Of a DNA stretch of 64,000 nt, positions 20,979-32,592 are shown in pieces. The notes under the pieces are model-generated. The model had not been told where the DNA came from and ran no database searches. It saw only the letters and a program-made list of their open reading frames with translations. Positions within the stretch are counted from its first letter, which is position 1. Every line of letters begins with the position of its first letter. The DNA is from Escherichia coli (GTDB lineage: Bacteria > Pseudomonadota > Gammaproteobacteria > Enterobacterales > Enterobacteriaceae): NCBI RefSeq assembly GCF_003790525.1, contig NZ_CP033635.1, one strand, 5' to 3'. The translations under genes were made by a program, and so were the position numbers.

Positions 20979-22511
20979 ATGGCCACGCCATATATATCGA
21001 TGGCGGGGATCGGCAAGTCCTTTGGTCCGGTTCACGCATTAAAGTCGGTTAATTTAACGGTTTATCCTGGTGAAATACATGCATTACTAGGAGAAAATGG
21101 TGCAGGTAAATCTACGCTAATGAAAGTGTTATCCGGAATACATGAGCCGACCAAAGGCACCATTACCATTAATAACATCAACTATAACAAACTGGATCAT
21201 AAATTAGCGGCACAACTCGGTATCGGGATTATTTATCAGGAACTCAGCGTTATTGATGAATTAACCGTACTGGAAAATTTATATATTGGTCGTCATCTGA
21301 CGAAAAAAATCTGCGGTGTCAATATTATCGACTGGCGAGAAATGCGTGTCCGCGCCGCCATGATGTTATTACGCGTGGGCTTGAAAGTTGATTTAGATGA
21401 GAAAGTGGCGAACTTATCTATCAGCCACAAGCAGATGCTGGAAATTGCCAAAACGCTGATGCTCGACGCCAAAGTCATCATCATGGATGAACCCACCTCC
21501 TCACTCACCAATAAAGAGGTGGACTATCTGTTTCTGATCATGAATCAGTTGCGTAAGGAGGGTACGGCTATCGTCTATATCTCGCATAAATTGGCGGAAA
21601 TTCGCCGTATTTGCGACCGCTATACGGTGATGAAAGACGGCAGCAGCGTTTGCAGCGGCATGGTGAGCGATGTGTCAAATGACGATATCGTCCGTCTGAT
21701 GGTAGGCCGCGAACTGCAAAACCGTTTTAACGCGATGAAGGAGAATGTCAGCAACCTTGCGCACGAAACGGTTTTTGAGGTGCGGAACGTCACCAGCCGT
21801 GACAGAAAAAAGGTCCGGGATATCTCATTTAGCGTCTGCCGGGGAGAAATATTAGGCTTTGCCGGACTGGTCGGTTCCGGACGTACTGAACTGATGAACT
21901 GCCTGTTTGGCGTTGATAAACGCGCTGGCGGAGAAATCCGTCTTAATGACAAAGATATCTCTCCACGCTCACCCCTGGATGCCGTGAAAAAAGGGATGGC
22001 TTACATCACTGAAAGCCGCCGGGATAACGGTTTTTTCCCCAACTTTTCCATCGCTCAGAACATGGCGATCAGCCGCAGTCTGAAAGACGGCGGCTATAAA
22101 GGCGCGATGGGCTTGTTTCATGAAGTTGACGAGCAACGTACCGCTGAAAATCAACGCGAACTGCTGGCGCTGAAATGTCATTCGATAAACCAGAATATCA
22201 CCGAACTCTCCGGGGGGAATCAGCAGAAAGTCCTGATCTCCAAATGGCTGTGCTGTTGCCCGGAAGTGATCATTTTCGATGAACCTACCCGCGGCATCGA
22301 CGTTGGCGCGAAAGCCGAAATTTACAAAGTGATGCGCCAACTGGCGGACGACGGAAAAGTCATCCTGATGGTGTCATCTGAACTACCTGAAATTATCACC
22401 GTCTGCGACCGCATCGCCGTGTTCTGCGAAGGACGACTGACGCAAATCCTGACGAATCGCGATGACATGAGCGAAGAGGAGATTATGGCATGGGCTTTAC
22501 CACAAGAGTAA
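20979..22511 (+). CDS. alsA: D-allose ABC transporter ATP-binding protein AlsA (duplicated ABC domains), 510 aa
   Basis: ORF track; Walker A GENGAGKST and second ABC domain. Confidence 0.95.
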   Translation: MATPYISMAGIGKSFGPVHALKSVNLTVYPGEIHALLGENGAGKSTLMKVLSGIHEPTKGTITINNINYNKLDHKLAAQLGIGIIYQELSVIDELTVLENLYIGRHLTKKICGVNIIDWREMRVRAAMMLLRVGLKVDLDEKVANLSISHKQMLEIAKTLMLDAKVIIMDEPTSSLTNKEVDYLFLIMNQLRKEGTAIVYISHKLAEIRRICDRYTVMKDGSSVCSGMVSDVSNDDIVRLMVGRELQNRFNAMKENVSNLAHETVFEVRNVTSRDRKKVRDISFSVCRGEILGFAGLVGSGRTELMNCLFGVDKRAGGEIRLNDKDISPRSPLDAVKKGMAYITESRRDNGFFPNFSIAQNMAISRSLKDGGYKGAMGLFHEVDEQRTAENQRELLALKCHSINQNITELSGGNQQKVLISKWLCCCPEVIIFDEPTRGIDVGAKAEIYKVMRQLADDGKVILMVSSELPEIITVCDRIAVFCEGRLTQILTNRDDMSEEEIMAWALPQE

Positions 22512-23470
22512 AAAGCGAAGCGAGCGAGAAGAAACCGTTCAACTTTGCGCTGTTCTGGGATAAATACGGCACCTTTTTTATCCTGGCGATCATCGTCGCC
22601 ATCTTTGGTTCGCTGTCACCAGAATATTTTCTGACCACCAATAATATTACCCAGATTTTTGTGCAAAGCTCCGTGACGGTATTGATCGGCATGGGCGAGT
22701 TTTTCGCTATCCTGGTCGCTGGTATCGACCTCTCGGTTGGCGCGATTCTGGCGCTTTCCGGTATGGTGACCGCCAAACTGATGTTGGCAGGTGTTGACCC
22801 GTTTCTCGCGGCGCTGATTGGCGGTGTACTGGTTGGCGGCGCACTGGGGGCGATCAACGGCTGCCTGGTCAACTGGACGGGGCTACACCCATTTATTATC
22901 ACCCTTGGTACCAACGCCATTTTCCGTGGGATCACGCTGGTGATCTCCGATGCCAACTCGGTATACGGCTTCTCATTTGACTTCGTGAACTTCTTTGCCG
23001 CCAGCGTAATTGGGATACCTGTTCCCGTTATCTTCTCGCTAATTGTCGCGCTCATCCTTTGGTTTCTGACAACGCGTATGCGGCTCGGACTCAACATCTA
23101 CGCACTGGGCGGCAACAAAAACTCGGCGTTCTATTCCGGGATTGACGTGAAATTCCACATCCTGGTGGTGTTTATCATCTCCGGTGTTTGTGCAGGTCTG
23201 GCAGGCGTCGTCTCAACTGCACGACTCGGTGCCGCAGAACCGCTTGCCGGTATGGGTTTTGAAACCTATGCCATTGCCAGCGCCATCATTGGCGGCACCA
23301 GTTTCTTCGGCGGCAAGGGGCGCATTTTCTCTGTGGTGATTGGCGGGTTGATCATCGGCACCATCAACAACGGTCTGAATATTTTGCAGGTACAAACCTA
23401 TTACCAACTGGTGGTGATGGGCGGATTAATTATCGCGGCTGTCGCCCTTGACCGTCTTATCAGTAAGTAA
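22490..23470 (+). CDS. alsC: D-allose ABC transporter permease AlsC, 326 aa
   Basis: ORF track; multi-TM permease; overlaps alsA 3' end. Confidence 0.95.
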   Translation: MGFTTRVKSEASEKKPFNFALFWDKYGTFFILAIIVAIFGSLSPEYFLTTNNITQIFVQSSVTVLIGMGEFFAILVAGIDLSVGAILALSGMVTAKLMLAGVDPFLAALIGGVLVGGALGAINGCLVNWTGLHPFIITLGTNAIFRGITLVISDANSVYGFSFDFVNFFAASVIGIPVPVIFSLIVALILWFLTTRMRLGLNIYALGGNKNSAFYSGIDVKFHILVVFIISGVCAGLAGVVSTARLGAAEPLAGMGFETYAIASAIIGGTSFFGGKGRIFSVVIGGLIIGTINNGLNILQVQTYYQLVVMGGLIIAAVALDRLISK

Positions 23471-23480
23471 GGAATTGAAC

Positions 23481-25089
<1,609 letters not shown>

Positions 25090-25361
25090 GTAAAGCGTTG
25101 GCACCGTAACGCAATGTCCCGCTGTGCCAACGACAAGTACAATATATATAATAAACACATAAAACAGCTCATATTATTTTCAGCAATGATAGTTCTACTG
25201 TAATTTCCCCTCTTCAGCACAAATGCCTAATAAAATGGCGCGTTCCGCTCACACTTCCACTTATTAAAATCGCAAATTCCCAATTATGATAACGCCAGCT
25301 TCAAATGACGTATTTTGCATGGATTACATATTTACGACATAAATGATAAATGGAGATTTAT

Positions 25362-27347
25362 ATGAATAACTCTCGGTTATTCCGTTTGAGCAGGATTGTT
25401 ATTGCGTTAACTGCCGCCAGCGGCATGATGGTAAATACCGCTAACGCAACAGATGAAGCGAAAGCCGCCACTCAATATACCCAACAGGTTAATCAGAATT
25501 ACGCCAAATCATTACCGTTTAGCGATCGTCAGGATTTTGACGATGCTCAGCGTGGATTTATCGCTCCGCTGCTGGATGAAGGTATTCTGCGCGATGCTAA
25601 TGGCAAACCATATTATCGCGGAGAAGATTATAAATTTGATATCAATGCGCCCGCGCCCGAAACCGTTAACCCAAGCCTGTGGCGTCAGTCGCAGATCAAC
25701 GGCATTTCTGGCCTGTTTAAAGTCACCGACCGCATGTATCAGGTGCGCAGCCAGGATATCTCGAACATCACCTTCATTGAAGGCGATACGGGCATCATCG
25801 TCATTGACCCGCTGGTGACGCCAAATGCAGCAAAAGCCAGCCTTGATCTCTATTTCAAACACCGCCCACAAAAACCGATTGTGGCCGTTATCTACACCCA
25901 CAGCCACACTGACCACTATGGCGGCGTAAAAGGTATTGTCTCAGAAGCCGATGTAAAAGCAGGCAAAGTGCAGATCATCGCCCCGGCAGGCTTTATGGAC
26001 GAAGCCATCAGTGAAAACGTGCTGGCGGGTAATATCATGAGTCGCCGTGCATTTTACTCTTACGGCCTGCTACTCCCGCATAATGCACAGGGAGATATCG
26101 GCAACGGGCTGGGTGTTACGCTTACTACCGGCGGCCCGACAATTATCGCGCCGACGCGATCTATCACCAAGACAGGAGAGAAACTCAATATCGACGGGCT
26201 GGATTTCGAATTCCTGATGGCTCCAGGCAGCGAAGCGCCGTCTGAAATGCACCTCTATATTCCGGCGTTGAAAGCCCTGTGCACAGCGGAAAACAGCACC
26301 CATACCCTGCATAACTTCTACACCCTGCGTGGCGCGAAAACCCGTGATACCGCGAAGTGGACCGATTACCTGAATGAAACGCTGGATAAGTGGGGATCAC
26401 AAGCAGAAGTGCTGTTTATGCCACATACCTGGCCAGTATGGGGTAATCAACATATCAATGATTATATTGGAAAATATCGCGACACCATTAAGTATATTCA
26501 CGACCAGACCCTGCACCTGGCGAACCAGGGTTACACCATGAATGAAATCGGCAACATGATTCATCTGCCGGAAACGCTGGATAAAAACTGGGCCAGCCGT
26601 GGCTATTATGGCTCCGTCAGTCATAACGCTCGCGCGGTATATAACTTTTACCTCGGCTACTACGACGGTAACCCAGCAAACCTGAATCCGTATGGCCAGG
26701 TCGATATGGGTAAACGTTATGTCAAAGCGCTGGGAGGTTCCGCACATGCTATCAATCTGGCGCGTGAAGCCTATAACCAGGGCGACTACCGCTGGGCCTC
26801 TGAACTGCTGAAACAGGTGATTGCTGCCAATCCGGGAGACCAGGTGGCGAAAAACCTACAGGCCGATACCTTCGAACAATTGGGTTATCAGGCCGAATCA
26901 GCCACCTGGCGCGGCTTCTACCTGACGGGAGCGAAAGAACTGCGTGAGGGCGCGAAGAAAATCGAACACGCCAGCACCGCCTCTCCTGACACCATCAAGG
27001 GTATGACCGTCGAGATGCTGCTTGATTACATGGCTGTTCGTCTGAACAGTGAGAAAGCCGCGGGCAAATCCATCAGCCTGAACTTCAATCTCTCTGACAA
27101 CGATAACCTGAACCTCTCACTCAACAATAGCGTATTGAACTACCGTAAAGTACTGCAACCGAAGGTAGACGCATCGTTTTACATGAGCCGCAGCGATCTG
27201 CACGACGTGCTGGTCGGACAAGCCAAAATGGCGGATCTGGTAAAGGCGAAGAAAGCCAAAATTATTGGCAATGGCGCAAAACTGGAAGAAATTATTGCCT
27301 GTCTGGATAATTTCGATTTGTGGGTGAATATCGTAACCCCAAATTAA
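25362..27347 (+). CDS. yjcS: Putative alkyl sulfatase YjcS (MBL fold), 661 aa
   Basis: ORF track 25350..27347 trimmed to [13 protein letters not shown] start; signal peptide; metallo-beta-lactamase motif [11 protein letters not shown]. Confidence 0.9.
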   Translation: MNNSRLFRLSRIVIALTAASGMMVNTANATDEAKAATQYTQQVNQNYAKSLPFSDRQDFDDAQRGFIAPLLDEGILRDANGKPYYRGEDYKFDINAPAPETVNPSLWRQSQINGISGLFKVTDRMYQVRSQDISNITFIEGDTGIIVIDPLVTPNAAKASLDLYFKHRPQKPIVAVIYTHSHTDHYGGVKGIVSEADVKAGKVQIIAPAGFMDEAISENVLAGNIMSRRAFYSYGLLLPHNAQGDIGNGLGVTLTTGGPTIIAPTRSITKTGEKLNIDGLDFEFLMAPGSEAPSEMHLYIPALKALCTAENSTHTLHNFYTLRGAKTRDTAKWTDYLNETLDKWGSQAEVLFMPHTWPVWGNQHINDYIGKYRDTIKYIHDQTLHLANQGYTMNEIGNMIHLPETLDKNWASRGYYGSVSHNARAVYNFYLGYYDGNPANLNPYGQVDMGKRYVKALGGSAHAINLAREAYNQGDYRWASELLKQVIAANPGDQVAKNLQADTFEQLGYQAESATWRGFYLTGAKELREGAKKIEHASTASPDTIKGMTVEMLLDYMAVRLNSEKAAGKSISLNFNLSDNDNLNLSLNNSVLNYRKVLQPKVDASFYMSRSDLHDVLVGQAKMADLVKAKKAKIIGNGAKLEEIIACLDNFDLWVNIVTPN

Positions 27348-27354
27348 TGCCACT

Positions 27355-27395
27355 CGCTTTTGGGGGCGCTGAAGCCCCCAAAAGCATTTATTTTA
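27355..27395 (+). terminator. Rho-independent terminator downstream of yjcS
   Basis: CTTTTGGGGGCGCTGAAGCCCCCAAAAG hairpin followed by T-rich tract. Confidence 0.6.
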
Positions 27396-27555
27396 AAAAT
27401 ATATACAGACAATTAATAAATAAAATATATAAGTTATGAATGCGGTGGCTGAATAAAGCTATTTTTATTCATCGAGAAAATAGCCATACTGACGCCTTCA
27501 ATGGATATTGATATTCACTACAGATATTGTTCGCAGCAGACAGGATGTATTTAAT

Positions 27556-27831
27556 ATGCCAACAGTTCTCTCTCGCATGGCGATGCAACTCAAAAAAACA
27601 GCCTGGATAATTCCCGTCTTCATGGTTTCGGGATGCTCATTATCTCCGGCAATCCCGGTGATCGGCGCTTATTATCCCAGCTGGTTTTTCTGCGCCATTG
27701 CCAGCCTTATTTTGACGCTCATCACGAGGCGAATTATTCAGAGGGCAAATATCAATCTGGCATTTGTCGGAATTATTTATACCGCCCTTTTTGCTCTCTA
27801 CGCCATGCTGTTCTGGCTGGCATTTTTCTAA
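27556..27831 (+). CDS. ytcA: Small lipoprotein YtcA, 91 aa
   Basis: ORF track 27508..27831 trimmed to MPTVLSRMAMQL start; lipobox MVSGC; precedes mdtN. Confidence 0.8.
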   Translation: MPTVLSRMAMQLKKTAWIIPVFMVSGCSLSPAIPVIGAYYPSWFFCAIASLILTLITRRIIQRANINLAFVGIIYTALFALYAMLFWLAFF

Positions 27832-27849
27832 TCTATTTGAGACGCGCTC

Positions 27850-28881
27850 ATGGAAAGTACGCCGAAAAAAGCTCCTCGCAGTAAATTCCCTGCTCTGTTA
27901 GTGGTTGCGTTGGCGCTGGTTGCCCTTGTTTTCGTTATCTGGCGCGTAGACAGTGCGCCATCAACTAATGACGCCTACGCGTCAGCAGATACCATTGATG
28001 TGGTGCCGGAAGTCAGCGGTCGCATTGTAGAACTGGCGGTCACCGACAACCAGGCGGTGAAACAGGGCGATTTGCTGTTCCGCATCGACCCGCGCCCGTA
28101 CGAAGCCAATCTGGCGAAAGCCGAAGCCTCCCTCGCGGCGCTGGATAAGCAAATTATGCTCACCCAACGTAGCGTTGACGCGCAACAGTTTGGTGCCGAC
28201 TCGGTTAATGCCACGGTAGAAAAAGCCCGTGCCGCCGCGAAACAGGCCACAGATACATTACGCCGCACCGAGCCATTACTGAAAGAAGGTTTTGTCTCAG
28301 CGGAAGACGTTGACCGTGCAAGAACTGCGCAGCGCGCCGCAGAAGCCGATCTTAATGCCGTATTGTTGCAGGCGCAGTCAGCCGCCAGTGCCGTCAGCGG
28401 CGTCGATGCGCTGGTCGCCCAACGTGCGGCGGTCGAAGCGGATATTGCCCTGACCAAACTGCATCTGGAAATGGCGACCGTTCGCGCGCCGTTTGATGGC
28501 CGGGTCATTTCCCTCAAAACCTCCGTCGGACAATTTGCTTCTGCCATGCGCCCTATTTTTACCCTAATCGACACTCGTCACTGGTACGTGATCGCCAACT
28601 TCCGCGAAACCGATCTGAAAAATATTCGCTCAGGTACACCCGCAACGATTCGCCTGATGAGCGACAGCGGCAAAACCTTCGAGGGTAAAGTGGATTCGAT
28701 TGGCTACGGCGTGCTACCGGATGACGGCGGCCTGGTGCTGGGCGGCCTGCCGAAAGTGTCTCGTTCTATTAACTGGGTCCGCGTTGCCCAGCGTTTTCCG
28801 GTCAAAATCATGGTTGAAAAACCTGACCCGGAAATGTTCCGCATCGGCGCTTCGGCAGTCGCTAATCTTGAGCCACAATAA
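27850..28881 (+). CDS. mdtN: Efflux pump membrane-fusion protein MdtN (HlyD family), 343 aa
   Basis: ORF track; N-terminal TM anchor plus coiled-coil periplasmic domain. Confidence 0.92.
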   Translation: MESTPKKAPRSKFPALLVVALALVALVFVIWRVDSAPSTNDAYASADTIDVVPEVSGRIVELAVTDNQAVKQGDLLFRIDPRPYEANLAKAEASLAALDKQIMLTQRSVDAQQFGADSVNATVEKARAAAKQATDTLRRTEPLLKEGFVSAEDVDRARTAQRAAEADLNAVLLQAQSAASAVSGVDALVAQRAAVEADIALTKLHLEMATVRAPFDGRVISLKTSVGQFASAMRPIFTLIDTRHWYVIANFRETDLKNIRSGTPATIRLMSDSGKTFEGKVDSIGYGVLPDDGGLVLGGLPKVSRSINWVRVAQRFPVKIMVEKPDPEMFRIGASAVANLEPQ

Positions 28882-30932
28882 TGAGCGCGCTCAACTCCCT
28901 GCCATTACCGGTGGTCAGGCTGCTGGCGTTCTTTCATGAAGAGTTAAGCGAGCGGCGGCCAGGTCGTGTGCCGCAGACCGTGCAACTCTGGGTAGGCTGC
29001 CTGCTGGTGATTCTGATCTCGATGACCTTCGAGATCCCCTTTGTGGCGTTATCGCTGGCGGTGCTGTTTTACGGTATTCAGTCCAACGCGTTTTACACCA
29101 AATTTGTCGCGATCTTGTTTGTGGTTGCCACGGTGCTGGAGATCGGCAGCCTGTTTTTGATCTACAAATGGTCATACGGCGAACCGTTGATCCGATTGAT
29201 CATCGCAGGGCCGATCCTGATGGGATGTATGTTTTTGATGCGCACCCATCGGCTGGGACTGGTCTTTTTCGCTGTCGCCATTGTCGCCATTTACGGGCAA
29301 ACCTTCCCCGCCATGCTCGACTATCCGGAAGTGGTCGTGCGCTTAACGCTGTGGTGTATCGTTGTTGGCCTCTATCCAACCTTGCTGATGACGTTAATCG
29401 GCGTGCTGTGGTTTCCCAGCCGCGCTATCACGCAGATGCATCAGGCGCTTAATGATCGGCTTGATGATGCCATTAGCCACCTGACGAACAGCCTCACACC
29501 GCTACCCGAAACGCGGATTGAAAGAGAGGCGCTGGCGCTGCAAAAACTCAATGTCTTTTGCCTCGCGGACGATGCCGACTGGCGTACTCAGAGCGCATGG
29601 TGGCAAAGCTGTGTGGCAACGGTAACCTACATTTACTCGACGCTGAATCGCTACGATCCCACCTCTTTTGCTGATTCTCAGGCAATTATTGAATTCCGGC
29701 AAAAATTAGCCTCAGAAATCAACAAGCTGCAGCATGCCATTGCCGAAGGTCAGTGCTGGCAAAGCGACTGGCGGATCACTGAAAGTCAAGCGATGGCGGC
29801 ACGGGAATGTAACCTGGAGAATATCTGCCAGACATTGTTGCAACTGGGTCAGATGGACCCGAATACGCCGCCAACGCCCGCCACCAAACCGCCATCAATG
29901 GTCGCCGACGCTTTTACCAATCCAGACTATATGCGCTACGCGGTAAAAACGCTGCTCGCCTGTTTGATCTGTTACACCTTCTACAGCGGCGTGGACTGGG
30001 AAGGCATTCACACCTGTATGCTGACCTGCGTGATCGTCGCTAATCCAAATGTCGGTTCGTCGTACCAGAAGATGGTGCTGCGTTTTGGCGGGGCCTTTTG
30101 CGGTGCGATTCTGGCGCTGTTATTCACGCTACTGGTCATGCCCTGGCTGGACAATATTGTCGAATTGCTGTTTGTGCTGGCACCGATTTTCCTGTTGGGC
30201 GCATGGATTGCCACCAGCTCTGAACGCTCTTCTTATATCGGCACACAGATGGTGGTCACCTTCGCGCTCGCCACGCTCGAAAATGTTTTTGGCCCGGTGT
30301 ACGACCTGGTGGAAATTCGCGATCGCGCCCTGGGTATCATCATTGGTACCGTGGTGTCCGCGGTGATTTACACCTTTGTCTGGCCTGAAAGTGAAGCGCG
30401 CACCCTGCCGCAAAAACTGGCTGGCGCGCTGGGTATGTTAAGTAAAGTAATGCGGATCCCACGCCAGCAGGAAGTCACGGCTCTGCGCACTTATCTGCAA
30501 ATTCGCATAGGTCTGCATGCGGCGTTTAATGCCTGTGAAGAGATGTGCCAACGCGTGGCGCTGGAGCGTCAACTGGACAGCGAAGAACGCGCCTTACTGA
30601 TTGAACGTTCGCAAACGGTTATTCGTCAGGGTCGCGATATTCTTCACGCCTGGGATGCAACCTGGAACTCGGCGCAGGCGCTGGATAACGCACTACAGCC
30701 GGACAGAGCTGGTCAGTTTGCCGACGCCCTGGAGAAATACGCTGCCGGTCTGGCAACCGCACTCAGTCGTTCTCCTCAAATAACGCTTGAAGAAACACCC
30801 GCCTCGCAGGCCATCCTGCCGACCTTATTAAAACAGGAGCAACACGTCTGCCAGCTTTTCGCCCGCTTGCCAGACTGGACAGCCCCGGCATTAACGCCCG
30901 CCACGGAACAGGCACAAGGAGCCACGCAATGA
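28881..30932 (+). CDS. mdtO: Efflux pump inner-membrane protein MdtO, 683 aa
   Basis: ORF track; start overlaps mdtN stop; multi-TM. Confidence 0.92.
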   Translation: MSALNSLPLPVVRLLAFFHEELSERRPGRVPQTVQLWVGCLLVILISMTFEIPFVALSLAVLFYGIQSNAFYTKFVAILFVVATVLEIGSLFLIYKWSYGEPLIRLIIAGPILMGCMFLMRTHRLGLVFFAVAIVAIYGQTFPAMLDYPEVVVRLTLWCIVVGLYPTLLMTLIGVLWFPSRAITQMHQALNDRLDDAISHLTNSLTPLPETRIEREALALQKLNVFCLADDADWRTQSAWWQSCVATVTYIYSTLNRYDPTSFADSQAIIEFRQKLASEINKLQHAIAEGQCWQSDWRITESQAMAARECNLENICQTLLQLGQMDPNTPPTPATKPPSMVADAFTNPDYMRYAVKTLLACLICYTFYSGVDWEGIHTCMLTCVIVANPNVGSSYQKMVLRFGGAFCGAILALLFTLLVMPWLDNIVELLFVLAPIFLLGAWIATSSERSSYIGTQMVVTFALATLENVFGPVYDLVEIRDRALGIIIGTVVSAVIYTFVWPESEARTLPQKLAGALGMLSKVMRIPRQQEVTALRTYLQIRIGLHAAFNACEEMCQRVALERQLDSEERALLIERSQTVIRQGRDILHAWDATWNSAQALDNALQPDRAGQFADALEKYAAGLATALSRSPQITLEETPASQAILPTLLKQEQHVCQLFARLPDWTAPALTPATEQAQGATQ

Positions 30933-32395
30933 TCAATCGTCAACTTTCACGCCTGCTGTTGTGCAGCATTCTCGGCAGCACGACGCTGATTTCCGGCTGT
31001 GCCCTGGTACGTAAGGATTCTGCGCCTCATCAACAGCTCAAACCGGAACAAATCAAACTGGCCGATGATATTCATCTTGCCAGCTCCGGCTGGCCGCAGG
31101 CGCAGTGGTGGAAACAACTCAATGACCCGCAGTTGGATGCTTTGATCCAACGGACGCTAAGTGGTTCACACACCCTCGCCGAAGCGAAACTGCGGGAAGA
31201 AAAAGCGCAATCGCAGGCCGATTTGTTAGATGCCGGTTCACAGTTGCAGGTGGCAGCGTTAGGGATGCTTAACCGCCAACGCGTCTCGGCGAACGGCTTT
31301 TTAAGCCCTTATGCGATGGATGCGCCCGCACTGGGGATGGACGGGCCGTACTATACGGAAGCCACAGTAGGTTTGTTTGCCGGACTGGATCTCGATTTGT
31401 GGGGTGTGCATCGCTCAGCGGTTGCCGCCGCCATTGGCGCGCATAATGCAGCGCTGGCAGAAACCGCAGCAGTAGAGCTATCGCTGACCACGGGCGTAGC
31501 GCAGCTTTATTACAGTATGCAGGCCAGCTATCAGATGCTCGATCTGTTAGAACAAACACGCGATGTGATTGATTACGCGGTGAAAGCGCACCAAAGTAAA
31601 GTGGCGCACGGTCTGGAAGCGCAAGTGCCTTTCCACGGCGCGCGGGCGCAAATTCTGGCCGTCGATAAACAAATTGCCGCCGTCAAAGGGCAAATCACTG
31701 AAACGCGGGAATCTCTGCGCGCATTGATTGGCGCGGGCGCCAGCGATATGCCGGAGATCAAACCGGTGGCATTACCGCGAGTCCAGACCGGCATTCCGGC
31801 AACACTCTCTTATGAGTTGCTCGCCAGACGCCCGGATCTGCAAGCCATGCGCTGGTATGTTCAGGCGTCATTAGATCAGGTGGATTCCGCGCGGGCGCTG
31901 TTCTATCCGAGCTTTGATATCAAAGCGTTTTTCGGCCTGGATTCTATCCACCTGGATACCTTATTCAAAAAAACCAGTCGCCAGTTCAACTTTATCCCAG
32001 GTCTGAAATTGCCGCTGTTTGACGGTGGACGGTTGAATGCCAATCTCGAAGGCACGCGCGCCGCCAGCAACATGATGATTGAACGTTACAACCAGTCAGT
32101 ACTGAACGCGGTGCGCGACGTTGCCGTCAACGGCACGCGTCTGCAAACGCTTAACGACGAGCGAGAGATGCAGGCTGAACGCGTGGAAGCAACGCGCTTC
32201 ACCCAGCGCGCTGCCGAGGCCGCCTATCAACGCGGCTTAACCAGCCGCTTACAGGCCACCGAAGCCCGGTTGCCAGTGCTTGCCGAGGAGATGTCATTAC
32301 TGATGCTGGACAGCCGCCGGGTGATCCAAAGCATTCAGTTGATGAAATCGCTGGGCGGCGGGTATCAGGCGGCTCCCGTCGTCGAGAAAAAATAA
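30929..32395 (+). CDS. mdtP: Efflux pump outer-membrane factor lipoprotein MdtP, 488 aa
   Basis: ORF track; lipobox LISGC; TolC-like OMF. Confidence 0.92.
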   Translation: MINRQLSRLLLCSILGSTTLISGCALVRKDSAPHQQLKPEQIKLADDIHLASSGWPQAQWWKQLNDPQLDALIQRTLSGSHTLAEAKLREEKAQSQADLLDAGSQLQVAALGMLNRQRVSANGFLSPYAMDAPALGMDGPYYTEATVGLFAGLDLDLWGVHRSAVAAAIGAHNAALAETAAVELSLTTGVAQLYYSMQASYQMLDLLEQTRDVIDYAVKAHQSKVAHGLEAQVPFHGARAQILAVDKQIAAVKGQITETRESLRALIGAGASDMPEIKPVALPRVQTGIPATLSYELLARRPDLQAMRWYVQASLDQVDSARALFYPSFDIKAFFGLDSIHLDTLFKKTSRQFNFIPGLKLPLFDGGRLNANLEGTRAASNMMIERYNQSVLNAVRDVAVNGTRLQTLNDEREMQAERVEATRFTQRAAEAAYQRGLTSRLQATEARLPVLAEEMSLLMLDSRRVIQSIQLMKSLGGGYQAAPVVEKK

Positions 32396-32429
32396 AATGT
32401 CTACCGCGTGATGGCTGTCACGCGGTATT

Positions 32430-32462
32430 TCGTTTCGTCACGTCAAAACTGACGACAGCCTG
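32430..32462 (+). promoter_or_regulatory. Putative FhlA upstream activating sequence for fdhF
   Basis: Inverted repeat TCGTCACGTCAAAACTGACGACA about 100 bp upstream of the sigma54 promoter. Confidence 0.35.
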
Positions 32463-32523
32463 TTTTTCGTCAGAGTTTTGAATAAATAGTGCCCGTAATA
32501 TCAGGGAATGACCCCAAATAAAA

Positions 32524-32543
32524 TGTGGCATAAAAGATGCATA
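32524..32543 (+). promoter_or_regulatory. Sigma54 (-24/-12) promoter of fdhF
   Basis: TGGCAT-N6-TGCA matches the TGGCAC-N5-TTGCA consensus, about 50 bp upstream of fdhF ATG. Confidence 0.6.
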
Positions 32544-32592
32544 CTGTAGTCGAGAGCGCGTATGCGTGATTTGATTAACTGGAGCGAGACCG